43,523 nt of DNA from a virus (lineage: Duplodnaviria > Caudoviricetes), in IMG/VR virus record IMGVR_UViG_3300027874_000004, positions 1 through 43,523 of that record, one strand, 5' to 3'. The notes under the pieces were generated by a model. That model was given only the letters and a program-made list of their open reading frames with translations. It was not told where the DNA came from and did no database searches. Position numbers and translations under genes: made by a program. This document shows, in pieces, positions 7,756 to 15,327 of the stretch (its first letter is position 1; every line of letters begins with the position of its first letter).

Positions 7756-10700
7756 CTAATCCGTTGGCGCCAGGCCCTGGGCATGCAGGTAGTCGATCTG
7801 CTGTCCGAGGCGCTGCAGCTCGGCCCTGCCGGCCTGGGTCTGGCCGATGCGCTGGTACAGCTCCTGCCGGTCCTGCTGACTCATCCGGCCAACGATGAAC
7901 GCGTAGGGCGAAACCTGCTTGTTGAAGGCTTCCTCGAAACCGGCGGTATCGCCCTTGACGCCGCTCGGCGATTGCCACTGCGACATCGCCTGCATTTTCG
8001 CCATGCGGTAATCGTTGAGGCCCTGCAGCTCGGCGAGCGTGCGGTCGAGACCTCGAGGCGACATCTCGACGCTCGGCATCTGCTGACCGACCAGCTTGAG
8101 TTCCTGCACGCCGGCACGCTGCGATGTCGCCTTCGCCTGCTCGCGCACCAATTGGCCGAGCTGCTTGTTGACACTCTCGTAGCCGGCAACGCCCTGGACC
8201 CGCGGATCGGTCGGGTCGAGGCCCATCGAGACCAGCAGCTTGTCCCAATCGTGCCGATATTCGGCGAACGTGCCGGTGTAGAACGTCGGCGCCTCGCCCC
8301 TGATCAGCCTGAGCTGCGCACCCATCACGCTTGCGGCAGCGGCATCCTTCATCACCTGATCACGCTGCTCGACGGTCGTCTTGGCGACGCCGGTCAGCGT
8401 CTCCTTGGCGCCGGGACCGATCTCGGTCTGGCCGATCGGCTGCACCATCCAATTGCCGTCTGGGCCAAACCCGAGGAAATAGGTCGTCTTGCCGCCCTGG
8501 GCGTCGGTCAGCTCGACCTTGCCGGGATTGCCCCTGATCGTGCCATTGACCGGATCGACCGAGATCATGCCCTGGCGCAAGAGCTGCGGCTTGAGCTGCT
8601 CGAACAGCAGCTTGCCCGGCAGCGCGCCCATCTCCTGGCCCTGTGCCTGAGCCGCCGCGGTCGGGCCGACGAGCGGGAACTCGGCGACCTTCTGGGTCAC
8701 CGGGTTGACCGGGATGCGCCAGGCGCTGCCGAGCGCCACGATCTGGTTCGCGATCTGGATCGCCCGCTGGCTCGGGGCGCCGGGGATCTGGCCGGCGCCG
8801 CCAGGCTGCATCGTCGCAGGAGCCGCTACAGAGGCCGCTGGACGCACGGGAGCGGGCTGAGCTGCTGGGGTAGGCGCCGGGGCCGCCACGGGGCCTGGCG
8901 GGACTCCCTGCGGCCCTGGAGGCACCGCTGGCGCGGGAGCGGGCGCCTGGGGCGTCGGCGGCGGGATCTGCGGCTGCGGGCCGCCGGCTGCGGCCACGGT
9001 CTGCTGCGCAGCTCGGCCGGGTACGAGGTTGGTCGGCGGTGCCGGAATCGGCGGCGGCGCAGGCGCCTGCGGCGGTAGGCCGGTGATCAGGCCGCCCTGG
9101 CCGCCGGGTGCCGGCCGCGGCGCTGCGAGCGGCGGTGCCGGCCCTGGCGCTGCCATTGCGGCGCCGGCCTGGGGCACGTTCAGCAAGCCACCCGTGCCAG
9201 GCGCCTGCATCGGCGCCGGCTGCGGCAGCGCGGTCGGCGGTGCGCCAGGCGGCAGCCCAGCGGGCCGAGGGGCGGGCGCCTGGGCGCCGAGCAGACCGCC
9301 GCCGCCACCAGCGGAAGGCGACGGCTGAGCGCCGGGCGGCGTGGTCGACGGACCCACGCCCTCGGTCGGCGGCGCGCCTTCCTGCGGCGGCCGGCCGGCG
9401 TGGGTGTAGTAGCCGATCGCCGGGTGGACGACGGTGTTCGCGAGCGGCCCGCCAAAGCGGGCGCCGTTCTGCTGCGCGAGCTGGGCGAGCTGCTGGTTGT
9501 ACGGCGCCAGGTTAATCGGCGCCTTCATGCCCTTTTCCTGACCGGCGACGGTGCCGACGCCCATCAGGCTGATCGGGCCGGCGCCGGCTCGTTTTAACTC
9601 GCCGAGCATCTCGGGGATCATGCCGATCTCTTCCGCGTGCCCGTTCATCACGCTGTTAGAGAGGCCGGTCGACAGCATGATCGGCTGACCGTTGAGCGAG
9701 CCGGTCGGCAGGCTCTTGATGTATTCAAGCGTGCCGCCGATCGTGCGGCCGGGCACCGCATCGGTGCCGATGTCGCCCTGCATACCGCCGTGGTTGACGT
9801 AGCCCTGGGCCAAGGAGTCACCGATCGCGCGGTACGGTTTGACCTGGCTGCCGGTGATCAGGCCCGGCTGCGGCTGCGGTGTGCCAGGCGCCGTGGTCGC
9901 CTGGGCGGGCGAGGGGCCGGCGGCCTGGGCTGGCGGCTTGCCGATGCCGTAGAAGCCGGTGATGCCGAGGCCCTTGGCGCCGTTCCATGCTCCCCAGCCA
10001 TCCCTGGCGGCACGCTGCATGGCGTAATTGATCGTGGCGTCTTCGTTGGCCGGATCGAGCGGGTTAAGGCCGGTTGCTTTCTGAAAGTCGTTCCCCATAC
10101 CGCCGCCGGTATAGAGCTGAAACGAACCGCCCGATTTGCCGCCATCGGCAACCTTGCCGCCGATCGGCCCGTATCCGGTAGCGAGACCCTCGGAACCCGC
10201 GACCGCGACCGCGACATCGGGGTCGATGCCGTTGGCAATGGCCGCGGTCCGAATAACAGGGATCTTGCCACGCGGGTCTTTTCCGGCTGCCGGCAATTTG
10301 AGGGGACCGCCTGCGCCACCAGGCGCGCCGCCTGCGCCACCAGGCGCGCCGCCTGCGCCGCCCCCGCCGGTCAGCTCGCCGACGAATGCTTGGTTGAGCA
10401 GCGACATCTGCTGCGCCGCCTGCATCGCGGCACGCTGGTATTCGACCTGGGTCTGGGCCTGCAGGGCCTGGGCCGCCTGCAGGCGCGAGGCCTGCATCTG
10501 GTCCTCGGCCTCGAAACCGGCCTCGCCAGCCCGGCCGAGCGCGCGCGCGAATCCGAGCAGGCCGCTCTTGTACGGCGTGACGGCATCCTGGCCCAGGGCT
10601 GCCGACCATGCCGCCAGGGCGCGCTGGCGGAATGCCTGCTGCGTCGCCGGATCGGCGAGGTTGCCCGAATACGCCGCGGCCGGGTTGTAGCCGCTCAAGA

Positions 10701-10788
10701 GGCCGCCCATGAAACCAGGCTGCTGCTGCGCCCCTGGGATCGGCGGCGGTATGCCGGGATCGGTGAGCAGGCCAGGCTGGTCAGGCAT
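7756..10788 (-). CDS. Ejection protein with lytic transglycosylase-like and SGNH/GDSL hydrolase-like domains (1010 aa)
   Basis: AIANGIDPDVAVAVAGSEG..GSFQL..GWGAW (aa ~175-270); IGDSL, GRT, STGLSN, VVHP (aa ~320-455); Pro-rich linkers. Confidence 0.8.
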   Translation of the reverse strand: MPDQPGLLTDPGIPPPIPGAQQQPGFMGGLLSGYNPAAAYSGNLADPATQQAFRQRALAAWSAALGQDAVTPYKSGLLGFARALGRAGEAGFEAEDQMQASRLQAAQALQAQTQVEYQRAAMQAAQQMSLLNQAFVGELTGGGGAGGAPGGAGGAPGGAGGPLKLPAAGKDPRGKIPVIRTAAIANGIDPDVAVAVAGSEGLATGYGPIGGKVADGGKSGGSFQLYTGGGMGNDFQKATGLNPLDPANEDATINYAMQRAARDGWGAWNGAKGLGITGFYGIGKPPAQAAGPSPAQATTAPGTPQPQPGLITGSQVKPYRAIGDSLAQGYVNHGGMQGDIGTDAVPGRTIGGTLEYIKSLPTGSLNGQPIMLSTGLSNSVMNGHAEEIGMIPEMLGELKRAGAGPISLMGVGTVAGQEKGMKAPINLAPYNQQLAQLAQQNGARFGGPLANTVVHPAIGYYTHAGRPPQEGAPPTEGVGPSTTPPGAQPSPSAGGGGGLLGAQAPAPRPAGLPPGAPPTALPQPAPMQAPGTGGLLNVPQAGAAMAAPGPAPPLAAPRPAPGGQGGLITGLPPQAPAPPPIPAPPTNLVPGRAAQQTVAAAGGPQPQIPPPTPQAPAPAPAVPPGPQGVPPGPVAAPAPTPAAQPAPVRPAASVAAPATMQPGGAGQIPGAPSQRAIQIANQIVALGSAWRIPVNPVTQKVAEFPLVGPTAAAQAQGQEMGALPGKLLFEQLKPQLLRQGMISVDPVNGTIRGNPGKVELTDAQGGKTTYFLGFGPDGNWMVQPIGQTEIGPGAKETLTGVAKTTVEQRDQVMKDAAAASVMGAQLRLIRGEAPTFYTGTFAEYRHDWDKLLVSMGLDPTDPRVQGVAGYESVNKQLGQLVREQAKATSQRAGVQELKLVGQQMPSVEMSPRGLDRTLAELQGLNDYRMAKMQAMSQWQSPSGVKGDTAGFEEAFNKQVSPYAFIVGRMSQQDRQELYQRIGQTQAGRAELQRLGQQIDYLHAQGLAPTD
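10308..10360 (-). repeat. 21-bp tandem repeat encoding a GAGGAPG linker
   Basis: ccgcctgcgccaccaggcgcg about 2.5 copies. Confidence 0.8.
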
Positions 10789-11228
10789 CAGTAGCCCCGC
10801 AATTGCTGCAGTGCCGTTGCCGGATTAAGGCTCGGCATACGGGCGAGGTAGGGATTCTTGTAGGCACCGTAGTTGATGCCGGCGCCCGAGAACGGCGGCG
10901 GCATGGGCATGGCCGAGGGCCGCTGTGTCGTCGTTGCGGCGCCGATGCCCTGCAGGGCTTTCTGCAGATCGGGGCTGCCGAGCGTGGCGCTGAGCTTGTC
11001 CCAGAGGCTCTGCTGCTTCTGGGCCTGGCCGGTGTAGTAGCCGAGGCCCTGTTGCGTCGCCACCTGGGCCGGCGTCAGGCCGGTATAGCCGGTCGGCTGC
11101 GTGTTCGGCACGCCGGTCGGCAGGCTCATATCCGCATTCGGGAACCAGCCCTGCTGCTGCAGCATCGTTTGCTGGTCCGGGGTCAAGGTCTGGCCGGTAT
11201 AGCCGGCCGGCATGTCGAGCAGGCCCAT
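10788..11228 (-). CDS. Small putative virion/ejection protein
   Basis: TGATG coupling to next gene; internal GYTG.T repeats. Confidence 0.7.
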   Translation of the reverse strand: MGLLDMPAGYTGQTLTPDQQTMLQQQGWFPNADMSLPTGVPNTQPTGYTGLTPAQVATQQGLGYYTGQAQKQQSLWDKLSATLGSPDLQKALQGIGAATTTQRPSAMPMPPPFSGAGINYGAYKNPYLARMPSLNPATALQQLRGY

Positions 11229-11231
11229 CGC

Positions 11232-12929
11232 TTACCTCTGCAGCGCTTTCGGATAATCGACGTACTGGTAGCCGTCCGCATCGCGCAGGACGGCATCGGG
11301 GCGGATGCGCTCGACCTCGTCGGCCATGACGCCGATCGCGTAGTTGTTGGTGCCGGCGTAGCGGAACCAGTAGAGCGGCAGCCCGTTGTCGGCGGTGCCG
11401 ATCCGCTTGATGTCGGTCTTGAACCGCCGGTCTGATCCGAAAAGGCCGGCCAGCGGGCCGCTGCCGCCAAAGAGGTTGGCGAACGACGCGATGCCGCCCA
11501 GGCCACTGCCGACGCTCTGCAGGATGTTCTGCTGGTTCGGGCTGGTGACGCTCTGGCTGCCGCCGGTCGGGCCGCCCAGGATCGCGCTGTAGTTTTGCAG
11601 CGGCTGCCAGATGCTGTTATAGGCAGCGCTCATCTGGCTCAGCGGGAAATCGGCGAACTGCGGCGCGTTCTGCACCAGATTGCCCAGTGTCAGTTGGCCG
11701 CTGTTGTTGAGCTGACCGGCGTTGTTGGCGATGGCGCCGCCGATCTGGTAGCCGGAATTACCGATCTGACCGGCGTTGCCGAGGCCCGACAATTGGGTGC
11801 TGATGCCGCTGAGGCCGAGGTTGCCGCCGGCACCGTAGGCGGTATTCGCGGCGCCGTAGCCGGTGCCGGCGAGGTTGTTCAGGTCGAGCGCTCCGCCCTG
11901 GATCAGATTGCCGCCCGTGGTGAAGCCCTGGTTGGTGATGTTGGCAGCGTTGTTGACGCCGGTCTGGCCGAGGCCGCCGGCCGCAGTGAGCGCGCCCGTG
12001 GTATTGGCAACGCCGGTATTGTAGGCGCCAGCGCCCGCGTTGCCGGCGCTGAGTGTTGTGCTCAGCCCCGTGTTGTAAGCATTGTTTACGATGTTGCCGA
12101 CCGTGTTCTGCAGCGCCTGGCCGAGGTTGTAGCCGGCGATGTTCTGCTGGTTGCCCATGACGCCCGAGCCGTACCTGCCGGCCTGCTCGGCGCTGGAGCT
12201 GATCATCGGCGCCGTTGCCGTCATAAACGCATTGGTGATCGGCGTGGTCGCGGCGCTGATGACGTTGCCGAGCGCCGGGTTGGTATTGGGGTTGATGTAC
12301 TGGCCCGAGGCCAGGCCCTGCAGGCCGCTCATAAACGGGTTGCCGCTGACCGCTCCAGCCGCATTCGTGTTGAGGCCGGCGATTTGCGGATTGGCGACGC
12401 TTGCCGCGCCGGGCGCATAGCCGCCGATCGCGCCCATCGCCTCGCCGCCCAGGCCTTGCATCTCGCTTGAGTAGCCGTAGCCGGTGCCCGGCAGACTCAT
12501 CGCGCTGTTGCCGACGCCACTCAGCGCCGACTGCCAGGGCGCCACTGCGCCCGGTGCGGCACCGGACACATTGGTCATCAGATCCTGCATGTTGAAAGCG
12601 TTTTGCACCGCATTCGGCGCCAGGCCAGAGAGGTAGCCGGCCTGCGGGCTGGCGGCATAGTAGGGCGTGCCCTGGCCCGTCAGCATCGCGTTCTCTGCGA
12701 TGCTGGCGAACGGCATAACATTGTAGCCGCCGTATTGAGGGGCGAGGAAATTGTTGGTGTCGGCCTGCGCCGTGTCGGCCAGTTGCGAAAGGTACGACAT
12801 CCCGGCGGCGGGATAACCAGCGAGGCCCGCCAGGCCCTGGGCCTGCTGCCAGCCGCTCGTCAGGAACGGGAGCTGCGCCTGCGATACCGGATTGACCGTG
12901 GTGACGGTCGACGGCGAGGATTTGCTCAT
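11232..12929 (-). CDS. Pilot/DNA-transfer-like protein with C-terminal peptidase S74-like domain
   Basis: Start MSKSSPSTVTT with ATGA overlap; G/N/Q/A-rich body; SDRRFKTDI..GVMADEV..VDY. Confidence 0.8.
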   Translation of the reverse strand: MSKSSPSTVTTVNPVSQAQLPFLTSGWQQAQGLAGLAGYPAAGMSYLSQLADTAQADTNNFLAPQYGGYNVMPFASIAENAMLTGQGTPYYAASPQAGYLSGLAPNAVQNAFNMQDLMTNVSGAAPGAVAPWQSALSGVGNSAMSLPGTGYGYSSEMQGLGGEAMGAIGGYAPGAASVANPQIAGLNTNAAGAVSGNPFMSGLQGLASGQYINPNTNPALGNVISAATTPITNAFMTATAPMISSSAEQAGRYGSGVMGNQQNIAGYNLGQALQNTVGNIVNNAYNTGLSTTLSAGNAGAGAYNTGVANTTGALTAAGGLGQTGVNNAANITNQGFTTGGNLIQGGALDLNNLAGTGYGAANTAYGAGGNLGLSGISTQLSGLGNAGQIGNSGYQIGGAIANNAGQLNNSGQLTLGNLVQNAPQFADFPLSQMSAAYNSIWQPLQNYSAILGGPTGGSQSVTSPNQQNILQSVGSGLGGIASFANLFGGSGPLAGLFGSDRRFKTDIKRIGTADNGLPLYWFRYAGTNNYAIGVMADEVERIRPDAVLRDADGYQYVDYPKALQR

Positions 12930-13375
12930 TCCTTGATCCTTCGCACCAGGGCGACGCCGCAGACGTCGAACCCGAAATGCGACCAGCCCTTGCGGTCCCA
13001 GCCGACGAGGTCGACGCAGCCGAGGGCCTCGGCCTGGGCGTCGAGCGCATCGAGGAGCTGCTGCCACCAGCGCTTGAGGCCGCTGCCGGCGATGAACGGC
13101 ACCTCCAGCACGCGGCAGCGCGGGAATTGCCTGACCTCTGTCACCGCCGCTGCGACCAGGGCGCCGCGGTCGCGGATGACGAACATCGTCATGCGGCCGG
13201 CCATGACGAGCTGCAGGATGTCGATCGGCTCATAGCCGCGGACGCGATCGGTGGCGCGCTTCAGGCGCGGCTCGATGATCGGCCAGAGGCGCAGCAGCTC
13301 ATCGAGCGGCGGCGCGCTGATGACAATATCCGGCAGCTCGCCGACCGGCGGCGGTGCCGAGACAAAATCCAGCAT
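12926..13375 (-). CDS. GNAT-like virion assembly protein (P22 gp14-like position)
   Basis: AAVTEV..FP..RVL....AG..L..W....A.A.GC....GW.RKGW pattern; synteny. Confidence 0.65.
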   Translation of the reverse strand: MLDFVSAPPPVGELPDIVISAPPLDELLRLWPIIEPRLKRATDRVRGYEPIDILQLVMAGRMTMFVIRDRGALVAAAVTEVRQFPRCRVLEVPFIAGSGLKRWWQQLLDALDAQAEALGCVDLVGWDRKGWSHFGFDVCGVALVRRIKE

Positions 13376-13378
13376 GGG

Positions 13379-13723
13379 CTAACCGATCAGGGTTGCGATG
13401 AACGTCGCGTCGGTGTTCGGACTGTTGGCGTGGTGGATCGTGCAGTTGCCCAGCCCATTGACGATGTAGATGCTCGGCAGCGCATTCGATGCGTGCCACG
13501 TCACCGGCACCAGATTGATCGAGGTGTAGGGACCGATCCGGCTATCGTTAAAGGTCGAGGTCGTCGCGTTCGGCGCCAGCGTCACCAGCATCGTGCAGCC
13601 GATGCCGCCGCGCAGGATGTTGTTGATCGCCTCGGCGAAGCGAACGACGGTGTTGCGCAGTTGCGTCGCGTCGGAGGGAACGGCCGGAATCTGCGGCGGC
13701 AGACCCAGGGTCGCCTGAGCCAC
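13379..13723 (-). CDS. Hypothetical tail-associated protein
   Basis: Operon context, codon bias. Confidence 0.7.
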   Translation of the reverse strand: MAQATLGLPPQIPAVPSDATQLRNTVVRFAEAINNILRGGIGCTMLVTLAPNATTSTFNDSRIGPYTSINLVPVTWHASNALPSIYIVNGLGNCTIHHANSPNTDATFIATLIG

Positions 13724-15286
13724 CTAGCGGATGCCCTCGGGATTGGCGCTGAAATCGACGCCCTGGGCGTGGGTGAATTGCGCGCCGCCCGGCAGTGTCA
13801 TCTGGAACCTGACATAACGGCCGGTGCAGCGCTGCGGACAATTGCCCAAAATGTTCTCGGGGACGCTGCCCTCGTACACAACCGAGTCGCGCACCTTTTC
13901 CCGGTGACCGACCCGGATCGATGCGGCCATGTTGGCATTGTGAACCGGCCGCACGCCCGTGATGCGAGAGCGGCGGTCGGGGAAGAACTGGCCCTCGGTG
14001 GTTTCGAGCGTCGCCGGCAGGCTCGGGCCGGTCGGCGTCACCTGGCTGTGGGTGTTGTCGAACCACGTCAGCATCGGATTGCCGTTCGTCCAGTACCGGC
14101 TGTCGAGCGAATACGGGAGCTGCTCTAGGTTGCCGAATGGATCGAGCTGATCGAGGTTGTAGCCGGCGGTCGAATACGCCAAGCCGCCGACCCATTCGAC
14201 CGGCGTCGCGCTGACATCAATCGGCGTCCAGCGGCCCAGCTCCCAATTGTAGATGATCGCCTTGTTGAACAGGCCATGGTTGCCGCTGCCGTGGTAAAAC
14301 CAGAAGATCAGCTTGCGCTGCGGATCGTAGGTGCCCTGGACGGCTCGGACATAGTTGATGTCGAGATCGGCATAAAAATACTTGTCAACCTTCTGCGCGC
14401 CGATCGCCGTCGAGCTGCCGCCGTCGAACGCATAGAAACCGTCCGGCCCGAGATAATAGACAACCGACCGCACGATGCCGGAACCGTCCGGCAGGCGCCG
14501 GTTGACAATCGACAGCGACGCATCGCTTCCGGCCGCGCCCTCGGCGACATGGAACGAGAAACTGTAAGGGCTGCCGCTATATTGAATTCGGTAGATGCCC
14601 CTCTCCATCACCGCGCAACCGTCGGCGGCAGAGAGGTGACCGCCGACCAGGCCGTTTATCGCGCCGAGGTCGGTTTCCTGCAGATCTTGGAAATCAGACT
14701 GCAGCTCGATCGCGGTATTCGATCCCGGCACCGGCCAGTTGGTCGGGTCGCCGATCGCGGGCCAGTGGATGCGAAACGGCACCGTGCCGTCGTAGCTGTC
14801 GACGGTATTGCCGACGAGGAGAAAGTCACCGATCACACAGCAGTATTTCGCCCTGGGCGCGTTGGCCGAGAGGTTAGAGAATGCCGTGTCGGTGCCGACC
14901 AGCATCGTCTGGATCGGATCGTCGTAGTTGGTGAAGATGATCCGCTTGCCGAAAGAGGTGCTGACCCAGAAGCCATCGGGCGGCTGCTCGGTGTTGTAGG
15001 GCGCCGCAGGGCCGCTGACATCGACCCAGGTCTGCGCCCCGGTCTGCTGCATGTAGATGCGCTGCTGCGTCGCGGCCCAGTCCGAAACGTTGCCGCCAGC
15101 ATCACGATACCCATATGATCCGCACACCCGGCCTGGCAGGGCGCCCGAGAGGCCTGGCGCCGGGCCTGGGAACGCCGCGTAGCTGTTCTGCGTGCGCGGG
15201 ATCACGTTAAGGATGTTGACCGATCCGGGGTTGCCGAATGACGGCCCATCCGGCAGCCACTCGCCAAAGGGGAGCACTTTTGTCAT
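13724..15286 (-). CDS. Tail nozzle / head stabilisation protein (P22 gp10- or T7 gp12-like)
   Basis: PFGEWLPD N-terminus, beta-rich 520 aa, position in podoviral tail module. Confidence 0.75.
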   Translation of the reverse strand: MTKVLPFGEWLPDGPSFGNPGSVNILNVIPRTQNSYAAFPGPAPGLSGALPGRVCGSYGYRDAGGNVSDWAATQQRIYMQQTGAQTWVDVSGPAAPYNTEQPPDGFWVSTSFGKRIIFTNYDDPIQTMLVGTDTAFSNLSANAPRAKYCCVIGDFLLVGNTVDSYDGTVPFRIHWPAIGDPTNWPVPGSNTAIELQSDFQDLQETDLGAINGLVGGHLSAADGCAVMERGIYRIQYSGSPYSFSFHVAEGAAGSDASLSIVNRRLPDGSGIVRSVVYYLGPDGFYAFDGGSSTAIGAQKVDKYFYADLDINYVRAVQGTYDPQRKLIFWFYHGSGNHGLFNKAIIYNWELGRWTPIDVSATPVEWVGGLAYSTAGYNLDQLDPFGNLEQLPYSLDSRYWTNGNPMLTWFDNTHSQVTPTGPSLPATLETTEGQFFPDRRSRITGVRPVHNANMAASIRVGHREKVRDSVVYEGSVPENILGNCPQRCTGRYVRFQMTLPGGAQFTHAQGVDFSANPEGIR

Positions 15287-15304
15287 CGGCGGTCTCGCGG
15301 CAAC

Positions 15305-15327
15305 AAAAAAGCCCGCCGAGGCGGGCT
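15305..15327 (-). terminator. Rho-independent terminator
   Basis: Minus strand AGCCCGCC-TC-GGCGGGCT-TTTTT, overlapping the stop of 15326-17272. Confidence 0.8.

Noticed and set aside
5917-9078. 1053-aa plus-strand ORF and other long antisense ORFs (e.g. 414-1484, 9637-10794, 12977-14128, 28849-29925)
   Set aside because: Shadow ORFs of high-GC genes on the opposite strand; Arg-rich with no recognisable motifs
11232-13067. Longest-ORF starts given in the track (13067, 17467, 22466, 40847, 35627)
   Set aside because: Extensions overlap neighbouring genes; downstream starts with RBS or stop-start coupling fit better
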